Source: Octopus sinensis
Taxonomy: Eukaryota
Direction: 5' to 3'
Assembly (NCBI RefSeq): GCF_006345805.1
Contig: NC_043000.1
Location: 5,208,001-5,272,000, forward strand
Length of the DNA: 64,000 nt
The notes under the pieces were generated by a model. That model ran no database searches. It was not told the origin of the DNA and saw only the letters and a program-made list of their open reading frames with translations. Below are positions 24,425-37,683 of the stretch, piece by piece. Position 1 is the first letter of the stretch, and each line of letters starts with the position of its first letter. The translations under genes and the position numbers were made by a program.

Positions 24425-25337
24425 ATAATGATAATGCTGCTGATTGTTGTTCTTGTTGTTGTTGTTAAGCAACAAGATGGGTAAGGGTGATTAGGTGATG
24501 GTCTAGGGCTTAGGGGTGTGAGACCCCAGACCTTGGAAAAAAAAAAATTTTGGTCGTCTTGTAATTGTTGACGCCCGACACCACTGGGAGGTGGCCCTCG
24601 AAGTCGCTGGAAATGGAGATCTCCAGGTCCAAATTCTTGGACTGCTGCTGCTGCTGATGACAACACCAGAGACGATGATGATGATGATGATGATGACGAC
24701 GATGATGATGATGATGACAGTGGTGGTGGTGGTGGTACTGAGTTGAACTCAGTCCAAACAATAAACAGGAATCCTTTCTGGATATGAACTCACCCCGACT
24801 GGTTTGGTACTTAGTCAAACGCTCTATCTCTTTTAACAGACTCTTATTCTACAATATTGGATCATTGAAGGGAATTTCTTTTCCTTTTCCTTTTTTTACT
24901 TTTTAACACGTCTAGCAAATGCCACACTCTTCTTCTTCTTCTTCTTAGGCACAATTATCTTCTTGCACTCAATTTCTCCTTGTTTTCTTCTTCTTGTTTC
25001 TTGTCTATTCCTTCTCTCCTTTACTCCCTCCCAACCCATCCTACCCACATGTGCAAACACTCACACACACTCACACACACACACACACACACATGCATGT
25101 GTGTATATACACAAACCGACCCTCTATTTCGAAGGCAATTTACTTGCTTAGCTGCTGGAGTTCAAAGTAATTGGATGTAACTGAAAGAAAACTTTATAGT
25201 CTGGAATTCCATGTGTGTGTGTGTGTGTAAGTGTGTGAGTGTCTGTTTGTATGAATGTGTTTATACACACACATACATATGCATAAAGAAATGCATAAGC
25301 ACTATATATATATATACATATGTATACATACGTATGA

Positions 25338-25383
<46 letters not shown>

Positions 25384-25408
25384 CTATGTATGTAAATCTC
25401 TCTCTCTC

Positions 25409-25442
<34 letters not shown>

Positions 25443-26139
25443 TATATACATACATATGCATATATATACATATGTATATAGATACATAGATAATATACAT
25501 ATAATATATGCATGTGTGTGTGTATATGGCTATGTCTGTGTACATATGTATATACAGGTGCAAGCATGGATGTGAGTTTAGAAAGTTTACTTCACAAACA
25601 TGTGGTTCCATCTCACCATGTGGCACCTTGGGCAGTATTTTAGCTACTAAAAATTTGGACCGACTAATTAGTGAAAACTGTACAGAAAGCCAAGATGTGT
25701 GTGTGTATGTGTGTCCATGTCCGTCCCCTGGTGATGCTGACACTTTATATTAAAACATGCCCAGCCATTGCACATTTCATCATATACACGTTATTTGGAA
25801 ACAAGTGAGGGTTGTTGACAGGAAGAGCATCCAGCAAAAGAAAACTGCTTCAGCACAGTCTCTCTACACTATACCAGCATGGAAAAGCAAGTACAAAAAC
25901 CATTGTGTTTATGTCAGCTTTTCCTTTGCTGGCATGAGTTAGACAAGATTTGTTGTGGTAGTTTTCTATGGCTGGATGCTCTTCCTGGCCCCAACACTTG
26001 TTTCCAAATAAGATATTCATTTCCCTGTGAGTTTACATGATGACCCATACAACTGCCAGGCATATTTTAAACTTCTAGATAGTGTTCCACTTGATCATTC
26101 CTCAGACAACTGTGATAAAACTCAATATATATATATATC

Positions 26140-26378
26140 ACGTAAAAGCACCATCCGTCCGTGGTCGTCTGCCAGCTCTGTCTGGCACCTGTGCGGGTGG
26201 CACGTAAAAAGCACCCACTACACTCATGGAGTGGTTGGCGTTAGGAAGGACATCCAGCCATAGAAACACTGCCAGATCAGACTGGGCCTGATGCAGCCTT
26301 CTGGCTTCACAGACCCCAGTTGAACCGTCCAACCCATGCTAGCATGGAAAGCGGACGCTCAATGATGATGATGATGAT
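26140..26378 (+). mobile_element. Family D (RTE) 3' tail, young copy
   Basis: CpGs retained; ends ggacgctcaa(tga)n. Confidence 0.8.
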
Positions 26379-26736
26379 GTTAATTATAAGGCTTGCCTTC
26401 TAGAAATAAGAGTTAAAACTTTCATTTAAGCCACCAATAATAACACAGAAAATAACGACAGAGACAATAGTAGTCGGGTCACGTACTATTGTTGTTATTA
26501 TCAACTATTTATGTTACTCTTGATAACAATAACAATAATGATATCTATATATATATATATATATGTATGTATATATATATATATATACATACATATATAT
26601 ATGTATATATATACACACACACATACGTGCATACATGCATATATGTATTTATATGTACATGAATACATGCAGGTGTGATGCTCTGTGTGTGCGTAGTGTT
26701 TGTGTGCGTATAAATGCATGCATATATACATATATA

Positions 26737-26966
26737 TATTTCTTTACTACCCACAAGGGGCTAAACACAGAGGGGACAAACAAGGACAGACAAACGGATT
26801 AAGTCGATTACATCGACCCCCAGTGCATAACTGGTACTTAATTTATTGACCCCGAAAGGATGAAAGGCAAAGTCGACCTCGGCAGAATTTGAACTCAGAA
26901 CGTAACAGCAGATGAAATACGGCTACGCATTTTGTCCGGCGTGCTAACGATTCTGCCAGCTCGCTG
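26737..26966 (-). mobile_element. SINE family B, near-consensus
   Basis: Minus head gcagcgagctggcagaatcgttagc...gagttcaaattc; tail ccccttgtgggtagtaaagaaata also at 45565-45670. Confidence 0.85.
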
Positions 26967-27294
26967 CATATATACATATATATATGTATATATATATATA
27001 TATATATACATATATATGTATATACATTTGATGCCATTGTCATCATTATAGATATAAGGAACATGCCACAAATTTCATCATCATCATCATCATCATCATC
27101 ACTAACAACATTTGCACTCTTCCAGAATCATGTGATTTTTGTGAGACCACAACCTATACCATTGTAACCACCACTACTACTACCACCATCACAACAACAC
27201 CACCACCACCACCACATCTACCACTGCCACCTTGTGTGACCAGTGTAAATTTATGTTAGATGACTATCTCTACCTTTACATAAGTGTTCATTTA

Positions 27295-27345
27295 TTTCTC
27301 TCTCTCTCCGTCTCTCTCTTCTCTGTCTGACTCCCCCTCTCTCTG

Positions 27346-27380
<35 letters not shown>

Positions 27381-27920
27381 CTCTCTCATTCTGTGTATGA
27401 CTCTTTGTCTGCCTCAGACCAGCTCTCTTTCCCCCCCTCCTTCTGGGTAGATCTCTCATCCTGTGTATGTCCCTTTGTCTCCTTTTCCTTTTCTTTCTCT
27501 GTCAGTTTGCTTCTCTCTCTCTCTCTCTTTCACACAAGCATACACATTATACACTTTCTCTTTTGTTCTCACTCTCTCCACATGTCTATCATTTCTCTTA
27601 GTATCTCAAACTCCCTCCTTTTTTCTCTTGTTATCTGCCCCCACCCCACCTATCTGTGCATATTTCATTTCTTATGTCACTATGTATTTCTTTCACTTCC
27701 TCTTCTCTCTCTCTCTCTTTCTTTCACTTTCAAAACCCATCTTTCATTTTCCATGTATCCCATTCTCTTCTTCTTCTTCTTCTTCTTCTTCTTCTTCTCT
27801 CTCACACATTCTCTGTCTCCTTCTGTTTTCCCTTTTCAATTCTCCCCATGTCTCTCTCTTTTACCTTCTCAGCACTCTTCTCTTTCTAATTACTTTATGC
27901 TCCTTCTCACTTCTTCCCTG
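27295..27920. repeat. Degenerate (CT)n/(CTT)n polypyrimidine field
   Basis: Directly visible; explains L/S/F-rich ORFs. Confidence 0.9.
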
Positions 27921-28181
27921 TTACATAAATGGGTATCTGTCTGTGTATGTATGCACGTATGTGTCTGTATTAACTACATACAAATATATATATATGCATG
28001 CAAATATACATACTATATATATGTTGTGGAACACGACCATTACTACATAAACCTGATGATTGCATAATACATGAAATTACTAGTTTATTTCGATACTGTA
28101 AAATTGTAAAAATTGTAAAATTTGGAAATAATAAAATGTGAAGATCAGACTAAGTTGGAATTTCATTGATTAATATATATA

Positions 28182-28229
28182 TACAGAGTGTGACGGGTAA
28201 ATTGTCACCATTTTATATTTTTAATTTCG
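28182..28229 (+). mobile_element. Possible Tc1/mariner-type terminus fragment
   Basis: TA-CAGAGTGTGACGGGTAAATTGTCACC; no partner end visible. Confidence 0.3.
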
Positions 28230-28232
28230 TTC

Positions 28233-28546
28233 TGGCTGTGTGGTAAGTAGCTTGCTTACAAACTACATGGTTCCGGGTTCAGTCCCACTATGTGGCACCT
28301 TCAGCAAGTGTCTTCTACTATAGCCTCGGGCCAACCAAAGCCTTGTGAGTGGATTTGGTAGACGGAAACTGAAAGAAGACTGTCATATGTGTATATATAT
28401 ATATATATCTAAGTTCAGCAAATAATTTAGATTCCAATGAATATGGTACTTAATTTAGATGCACCAGAATTTTTTTATGGTATTACCCATAAAAATATGC
28501 GGGGTGATTATAATCAAAAATAAGCAACAAGAATGGATCCATATAT

Positions 28547-28605
<59 letters not shown>

Positions 28606-28815
28606 GCATATGTTTGTGTGTCTGTGTTTATCCCCCCAACATCGCTTGACAACCGATGCTGGTGTGTTTACGTCCCCGTAACCTAGTGGTTCGGCAAAAG
28701 ACACTGATAGAATAAGTACTAGACTTACAAAGAATAAGTCCTGGAGTCAGTGTGCTCGACTAAAGGCGGTGCTCCAGCATGGCCACAGTCAAATGACTGA
28801 AACAAGTAAAAGAGT
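28233..28815 (+). mobile_element. SINE family A interrupted by a ~130-bp insert (28410-28540) in its internal (TA)n
   Basis: Left half 28233-28390 and right half 28600-28815 match the 31716 copy. Confidence 0.8.
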
Positions 28816-29665
28816 GTTTACATACACAAATTTAAATGTGAGCTACTATCAGCTATATTCTTTGATAGTACAATGATTGAACAGCTTGTAGATGTACCAT
28901 GGTTCTATTATGTAATCTGTCAAGCTCAAATTGTTTGCTGCTTTTAAGATTGTATGAAAGTACACAGCACACTATACAAGGTTGAATGATTATTGTGGTA
29001 TCCGAGCATGAAACTTATGGTAGCTCACAATTAAATCTCGTGTATTTAAATGAAATCTATCTTTCACTTGATGGAGTACTTTTTATTGATTCCCCACTGC
29101 AATAATGGAATGGTTCACCATATATACACAAGAATGAATTCCATGGGATATATTTTGCATGAAGAACATATAGTTAATTGCAGATGACCGTACTTGAAGC
29201 AGTGAGCCAAGAATTTTAACTGTAAGTTGCCAAAAATTCATTAGTGTTAATGAAAATGGAGATATGTAGAGAGTGTATATGTACATGTGTGTGTGTGTGC
29301 TGTGTGTCTGTGTGTGTGTGTGTGTGCTGTGTGTGTGTGCTGTGTGCTGTGTATGTGTGTGCTGTGTGTGTGTGCGTGTGTGTGTGTGTGTGTGTGCGTG
29401 TGTGTGCTGTGTGTGTGTGTGTGTGTGCGTGTGTGTATGTGTGTGTGTTTGTGTATGTTTTTGCCTGTGTTTGTCCCTCAGCACCACTTGACAACCGGTG
29501 TTGGTGTGTTTACATCCCCTAACTTAGTGGTTTGGCAAAAGAGACCGATAGAATAAGTACTACACTTCAAAAGTCCCGGGGTTGATTTGTTCAACTAAAA
29601 CCCTTCAAGGCGGTGCTCCAGAATGTATACAGTCAAATGACTGAAACAAGTAAAAGAAAATAAAA

Positions 29666-29708
<43 letters not shown>

Positions 29709-31024
29709 TATATATATACACACATATATATATATATATATGTATGTATATGTATATATATAGTCATTTAAATGCCCAGATGGCTCACAAGAAGTATTAT
29801 CTCTCTTGCTTGGCCTCCCCACCCTGGCAACTGTATCATTTTTAATACCCCTGCTTCTTTCCCATCCACTTTTCTTCATTCCTCTTTCTCCACGACTCAA
29901 GGTTCCTTGCTCATTCACCCTTCAACCCTACACACTTTGGCAGTCTACCTCTCCACCCACCCCCGTTCTCCTGCCCATAAAATCTTGCAAGCTGATTCTT
30001 GCATTGCAAAGCTATCTAGGCACCTTATTGCCATTATCTATCTCTCGTTCATTTTCACTCTCTCTCTCTCTCTTCCCTTCCCTTACAAGATGTGGATAGC
30101 CATGTAGGTCCTCTACAAGAACCTGCACTGCCTCCCCAACCCTTCTCATTGTTCAGTTCTCTCATTCCCTACCTTGAAGTTCTCCTCCCACCCAGATTTG
30201 TTGTTCTGCTAGCTTCATGGCAAGTGGAGGCACATGGCTTAGTGATTAGGGTGCTGAACTCATGAGCATAAGATTATGGTTTCGATTCCTGGACTGGGTG
30301 ACTCATTGTGTTCTTGAGCAATGCACTTCATTTCATGTTGCTCCAGTCCACTCAGCTGGAGCAACAGGTGAGGAACTTATACACCATTGAAACCAACCCT
30401 TATGAATTAGCATGATTCAAGAAGGTAACTTTACCTTTACCTTTGTGTACCTGCATGGCAACCTCAGTAGTGCAAGTAGCACAAAAAAAAAAAAACACCC
30501 AGTCCATATTATAAGGTGGTTAGCATTAGCAAGGGCATCCAGTCACAGAAACCATGTCAAACCACATACTGGAGCACAATGCAGTCCTTGGATACATTGG
30601 ATCCTGTCAAACCATCCAACCCATGCCATTAAGTGATGATGATGATGATGATGATGATGAGAATATGTATATGTATATATTGTTTGCATAAATATCTAAT
30701 ATTCCTTACAATGGTACCTTTGTTTCATAAGTCCATTCCTACTCATCAAAGGAAATAAAAAAATCAGTTTTATGAAATATATGATAAATATAAATAATGC
30801 TGTCTCTGTAAAGAACACAGAATAAGTCTGTAAACTGGATTGTAATCTTCTTGGATTTTCTATAACTTTTATTACAAGTGTGCATAGATATGCACACACG
30901 GAACCACTCAACAGCTCTTTCTGGTTAGATGGTTGAAGTTTAGGAGTATGGAGAACAATCTGTCTATGGTACTGAATACCAAAATAAGCATGCCAACTAG
31001 GGAACCTCTGCATTGTTGCTTAGT

Positions 31025-31216
31025 CAGCTAGAAATGCAGTAAAATCTCCCTTAAGTCACATGCTACCATCTTGAAAAGAACTTTAAATATGATACATTGA
31101 ATTACATGACCCTTGATATGCTATCTGAAAAATGAAAAAAAGAAGATAGGACAGCCATGGTTGGAATATTCTTTGATTGTAGATATGCCTTGTAAGACTG
31201 ACCCAGGGCTAAACAA
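31025..31216 (+). repeat. Old dispersed repeat (ctagaaatagcagccaaatctcc module)
   Basis: Related segments at 955-1010, 2345-2410(-), 47166-47255, 48000-48075, 48941-49046, 59460-59690(-). Confidence 0.55.
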
Positions 31217-31346
31217 TATGAATAGAGCCAATGGTGGTTGGAGCAGAAAAAGAGAAAGACATCATTACTCACAGGTTACTGCAGTAAGAAGCCCTGGCCC
31301 TGATGTTTGCAACATGGTGGACCCTATTAAAAGTATTCAAAGGCTT

Positions 31347-32203
31347 CAGTGGCTCTCAACCAGGGTTCATGTGACCTTTTGGTAGTCCATATGAACAAAA
31401 TAGTAAATTGGGGATCCACTGAAATATTTCAAGGGTTCTACGCAAGTGAAGATGCGAAAAGCAAAATAGGGAATTTGAAAGAAATATCTATTAAAGTAGT
31501 TTTTAAAGATCGACTGGCAGCAGAGGCCTACCAAAATTAAATAGTAAATTTGGGATTCACAGTAATAGTTTAAGGGCCAATGAAAATATTTTGCTTTTGA
31601 TGAAACATGTTCTCTCAGTGAGTGCTATTGCAAACTTACACAAGTGAATGAACGAGAAACAAAATAGGAATTTTGAAAGCTGTATCTATAAAACTAGTTT
31701 TTAAACATATATATAGGCGCAGGAGTGGCTGTGTGGTAAGTAGCTTGCTAACCAACCACATGGTTCCGGGTTCAGTCCCACTGCGTGGCATCTTGGGCAA
31801 GTGTCTTCTGCTATAGCCCCGGGCCAACCAAAGCCTTGTGAGTGGATTTGGTAGACGGAAACTGAAAGAAGCCTGTCGTATATATGTATATATATATATG
31901 TGTGTGTATATGTTTGTGTGTCTGTGTTTGTCCCCCTAGCATTGCTTGACAACCGATGCTGGTGTGTTTATGTCCCCGTCACTTAGCGGTTCGGCAAAAG
32001 AGACCGATAGAATAAGTACTAGGCTTACTAAGACTAAGTCTTGGGGTCGATTTGCTCGACTAAAGGCGGTGCTCCAGCATGGCCGCAGTCAAATGACTGA
32101 AACAAGTAAAAGAGTAACAGAGTAAGAGAATAGCAATGAAGGTCCAGCAGAATAAAATAACAATCAAAGGGGTTCATAGGTAAAGCAATGATTAAAAGCC
32201 ACT
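31347..32203 (+). mobile_element. hAT/Charlie-type MITE, interrupted by SINE A
   Basis: 5' CAGTGGCTCTCAACC, degenerate 3' gattaaaagccact, aggctt duplicated on both flanks. Confidence 0.55.
31716..32128 (+). mobile_element. SINE family A, full-length young copy
   Basis: Intact A/B-box-like head, CpGs retained, (gagtaa)n-like tail. Confidence 0.9.
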
Positions 32204-32576
32204 AGGCTTGATGGTGGTATTTTAAGCCAGGCCCCACCTCAAATCCATCATCTAATGTGTCCCTGTTACATTGGCATAGATTCCAAGGGAAGAAGGTTGA
32301 CAGGATAAAGACATTGCACAGGTGAACTTTTGCTAGCAGGTGAACAAAAATGGATGGAGTGTACGTAAAAAAATAAAGCTTCCATAGATGTTTCAGATAA
32401 TCATGAAATAAATCAAAGCAGGTTTTTTTGTATATTTTCATTTTTATTTTCCTTCTTTATTCTTTAAGTTTCTAAAGAGTTATATTCAGCGAAAATAACA
32501 CCTATTATATTGTAGTTTGCTATCATTGTCATTAGCTCTATCTGTTCTTTTGGATGCACTACAGTAAAATAACACC

Positions 32577-32615
<39 letters not shown>

Positions 32616-32635
32616 ACACACTTATATACACATAT

Positions 32636-32679
<44 letters not shown>

Positions 32680-32784
32680 ACACACTTATATACACATATA
32701 TACATATATATATATATATAATATATATATATATATTATATATATATATATACACACACTTATATACACATATATACATATATA

Positions 32785-32831
<47 letters not shown>

Positions 32832-33218
32832 AGAATATTATATGTATATAATATATGTCCTCATCATCATTATCATACATACACATATATATATATATAT
32901 GTACATATATATATAATGAGAAAAGAGACTAGCTGTTAGGGAAGGAGAAAAGGAGATAGGTACATAGGTGGGAGGTTTAGAGATTTATAGATATGTAGGT
33001 AGATTAGAGAGAGGGAAAGACAGACAGATAGAGTGATAGCGAACCGATAGAACACAGGAGGAGGGTGGATTCAAACATCAAACGTAAGTATTTTCTGTTT
33101 GTCTATCCATAGGCAGCAATAAAAAAAAACTAAACACAACATGAATAGGTGAATATTGCTATTGATTTTTTTCCAGGAGTAGAAACGAGAGCTGTGACAC
33201 ACACACTCACATCCATAT

Positions 33219-33265
<47 letters not shown>

Positions 33266-33404
33266 ACTGTTTTATAGATGCTGATGATGTAACAGATAAA
33301 GGTTTAAATGGCGAGCATCACTAATGAGAACTAAACAGCAAACTTCAGATTAAAAGCTCACTTTTATGGAATGATATCTGTAATACATACCTACAAACAT
33401 ACCT

Positions 33405-33852
33405 AAGAGTACCATACGAGTGAGATTGTTGCCAGAGCAACAAGCTGACCTCTGTGCCGATGGCGCTTCAAAACTACCATTCGAGAGCGATCGTTACCTG
33501 CGTCGCCTTAATGGCACTTGTGCTGGTGGCACCTTGAAAAAACATTTGAGCGTGGTCATTGCCAGTGCCACTGGACTGGCTCCTCTGCAGGTGGCACATA
33601 AAAAGCACCATTTGAGTGTGGCCTTTGCCAGTACCACCCCACTGACCCTCGTGCCGGTGGCTTGTAAAAGCACCCACTACACCTCTCTGAGCGGTAGGCG
33701 TTAGGAAGGGCATCAAGCAGTAGAAACTCTGCCAGATAAGACTGGAGTCTGGTGCAGCCATCTGGTTTGCCAGACCTCAGTCAAATCGTCTAACCCATGC
33801 TATCATCGAAAGTGGACGTTAAACAATGATGATGATGATGATGATGGTGATG
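33405..33852 (+). mobile_element. Family D (RTE) 3' UTR with ~63-bp internal tandem units
   Basis: Repeated gtgc.ggtggcac..aaaa..accatt.gag.gtg units; ends ggacgttaaacaa(tga)n. Confidence 0.8.
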
Positions 33853-33884
33853 AAACATTCATTCTTTTACTGTTGTTAATTATT

Positions 33885-34097
33885 AGTTCAAATTTTGGCA
33901 CAAGACCACCAATTTTGCAGAAGGGACTAAGTTGATTACATCAACCCCAGTACTTTACTGTCACTTGTTTCATCAACCCCAAAAGGATAAAAGGTAAAGT
34001 CAACCTCAGTAGAACTTGAACTCAGAACGTACAGACAGACAAAATGCTGCAAAGCATTTTGCCTGGTTTGCTAACGATTCTGCCAGCTCACAGCCTT
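33885..34097 (-). mobile_element. SINE family B
   Basis: Homologous to 26737; further copies at 35586-35792, 38120-38475, 43810-44020. Confidence 0.75.
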
Positions 34098-34146
34098 AAA
34101 CTGTTGTTAGTTATTAGACCATAGATTGTGGCCAGGCTGGGGCATC

Positions 34147-34351
34147 TAACTTTAAACATTTAGTCAGTAAAATGTAATGCTTATTTATTCACATTGTTCT
34201 GAATTAATTAAACATTATCTTGCTGCCTTGAGATTTCAATGATGTGATTGATTATTTTTAGAATGACATTGTAAGGTGGATGTGAGAGGCTGGATCTGGC
34301 CAGGTAGAATGTTTGGGCCTGATATGGCTGATTCAAATGCTAAAGGGTTAA
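34147..34351 (+). mobile_element. piggyBac-type MITE
   Basis: Body matches 24197; ends aaatgctaaaggg-TTAA. Confidence 0.7.
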
Positions 34352-35985
34352 ACATTTTGCCAAACTACATCCAGTGGTGTGTGAATAAGAACCTTGCTTC
34401 CCAACAACATGGTCTTGGGTTCAGTTCCACTGCATGGTACCTTGGCAAGTGCCTTCTATTTCAGCCCTGGGATGATCAAAGTCTAGTGAGTGAATTTGGT
34501 AGACAGAAAATAAAAAAGAAACCTGTAGTGTGTGTGTGTGTGTGTGTGTGTGTGTAGGTCTCTATATGTGTGTGCATATTTGTGCCACCTTGTTGTTATA
34601 GTGTGATAGTTGTAAGTGACCATCACCATCATATGAGCAACGTCACTCATTTCCAATTTTCATTGTGGCCAAGGGGGGGAATATTATCTTGCTTGGAAAT
34701 AGGTGGGAGTCATCCACAACCTGAAACCTGGGCATCCAGTTACAGAAAAAAAATCTTCAGGAACAAATTCTATCTGATCCATGCATGAAAGGAAAAGTGG
34801 ACATTAAAACAATGAAAATGATGACGACAACAACTGTGATGACGGTGATGACAACCATGATGATATGCATAGAAATGCACACAAGTGGTCAGAACAGATG
34901 CAATGGGATTAAAATTTCCAGTTGACTCTGAAAAAACCACCAACAGTATATTTACTAGCAATCATCAACATTATAATCACTACTAAATGTGACAGGCTTT
35001 ATAGGAGTTGTTCACCAGGGACTCTATAGAAACCAGTTCTTTATGCTTGTATATTCTGTTCCAGTCTTGTGACCATTTCCAATATTCCTGTTAACAGGCT
35101 TCTGGTCACTATACATATTCTGTGTACGTATGTTTTAGAAAGAGTTTATGAATATGATTATAATTATCATTTACGACTCAAATGGTGACACCAGATTCTA
35201 TTCTCCCATGTTCAGAATATCATGTTTTGACACAAATAACTTGCAAGAATTTCATTGACGCAAATATTGATTCTGTCACAAGAAACATGCATTGCATTGA
35301 GAATAGCTAAATAGAATTTGTCAAGATGCTCCAGAGAGAAAACTTTTGAGAGCACCATTCTAAATTCTAACAACTTTGGAGGCTTTCTCCGTGAAGAATC
35401 CATGATACCCAATCTATTTATTTGAGAATGTTTGTATTGGAATAGTTTAAACATTTGTTTTTCATTGGAGGAAATATTTGTTTTTGTGAATTATGCTTTT
35501 TTTAATATTTTTTTAGCCAGAGGGAATTATTATTTTTTTTAATTCTCCAAACTCGGTATTTTTGAATTTAGACAAGCAAATAAGAATCCTTTCTACTTTA
35601 GGCACAAGGCTTGAAATTTGGCAGGAGGGGTTAGTCAGTCACTGACCCCAGTGCTCAACTGATAATTTATTGACCTCAAAAAGATGAAAGGTAAAGTCAC
35701 CCTTGGTGGCGTTTGAACTCAGAACTTAATGCCAAGCAAAATGTCACTAAGCATTTTGCCAGGCATGTTAATGATTCTGCCAGCTTGCCGCCTTTTGATA
35801 TGCAAATTCTAATGCCAGGGAAAAAAACATTAGATTCAAAATTTGGCACAAAGCCAGCAAGCTCAGGAGAGAGATTAAGTTGATTACATCAACCTTAGTT
35901 TTCGACTGGCTCTTATTCTATTAATCCCAAAAGGATGACAGTAAAGTTGACTGCAACAGAATTTGAACTGAGAATGTAAAGAGAG

Positions 35986-36302
35986 GTGGAGGTGTAATGG
36001 CCCAGTGGTTAGGGCAGCAGACTCGTGGTTGGAGGATTGCAGTTTCGATTCCCAGACTGGGCATTGTATGTGTTTATTGAGCAAAAACACCTAAAAGCTC
36101 CACAAGTCTCCAACAGGGGGTGGTGGTGACCCCTGTTGTACCCTTTCGCCCCAACTTTCTCTCACTCTCTCTCCCTGTTTCTTGAGTAATGCTGCGATGG
36201 ACTGGCGTCCTGTCCAGCTGGGGGGAACACATATGCCACAGAAACAGGGAAACTGGGCCCATGAGCCTGGCTAGGCTTGAAAAGTATGAAAGAAAAATAA
36301 GA
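35986..36302 (+). mobile_element. SINE family C (variant body 2) nested in a minus-strand SINE B (35838-36370)
   Basis: TSD aatgtaaagagag at 35973-35985 and 36303-36315. Confidence 0.85.
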
Positions 36303-36683
36303 AATGTAAAGAGAGATGAAACATCACTAAGTATTTTGCCTGGCATGGTAGCAATTCTGCCAGCTCATTGTCTTATTGCAAGGGAAAAATATTAACAATA
36401 TTCACATAACGTGTATTTTCTCTTTATTTAAATATGTATGTTTTGTCAATTTTCAGAGTATAACTTTTGGGTGAAATTTAAAGTTTTGCCAACTAACCAC
36501 ATTATTAACTAAAAGGAAAGCGCAAATAATAAAAATAATTAAACAAAATATGCAGTATACCTTAAAGAATTAGAGCATCCTTAAAGAATTGAAACCCAAT
36601 CTTTTCACTAGCAAAGACCTTTTTACTTTAGCCCTTTTTATATCAACTTAGCTGAGGCAACTACGCATGCTATGATAAAAATT

Positions 36684-36916
36684 TTAACCCTTTATCATTC
36701 AAACAGGCAATATCCGGCCAAAATATTCTACCTGCTTTTTGTTCAAACTGGCCAGATCTGGACTCTCACACCTACCCTATTATGCCATTGTATAAAAAAA
36801 AAGCAATCACATCATCAAAATCTCAAAGCTACAAAAATAATGCCTGATTAATTCAATACAATGTGAATAAATAAAGCATTACATTTGACAGAATAATTTG
36901 AATGCGAAAGGGTTAA
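36684..36916 (-). mobile_element. piggyBac-type MITE
   Basis: TTAA-ccctttatcattcaaa ... tttgaatgcgaaaggg-TTAA. Confidence 0.8.
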
Positions 36917-36995
36917 ATGATAAAGTTATCTTACTATATTCTCTATTAATTTCAAAATCAATCGAAACAATGGCACTGTACTTCAACAGAAATCG

Positions 36996-37027
<32 letters not shown>

Positions 37028-37289
37028 GTCATCGTCTTCATCCTTGTCCATCTTATTGTTTAATGTCCACTTTTCCAAACTCGCATGACGCAAACAGAGT
37101 GTAAAGAGGCAGATTTGCTGCAGTTGGATGCCCATCCTGTTACTAACCCTTTTCTGTTTCTAAGTGAGGCAATATTTCCTCATGATCAGACATGCTTTTA
37201 TGGAAGATTGGAAATGAAGGGCATCATTGTATGATGGTAACACTTTTTTTTACCAGTATCATGTAATATCAACACACAGCGTACACATG

Positions 37290-37683
<394 letters not shown>

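Noticed and set aside
26451-26499. Short hairpin acaatagta/tactattgt
   Set aside because: Only 9 bp perfect and low complexity; expected by chance
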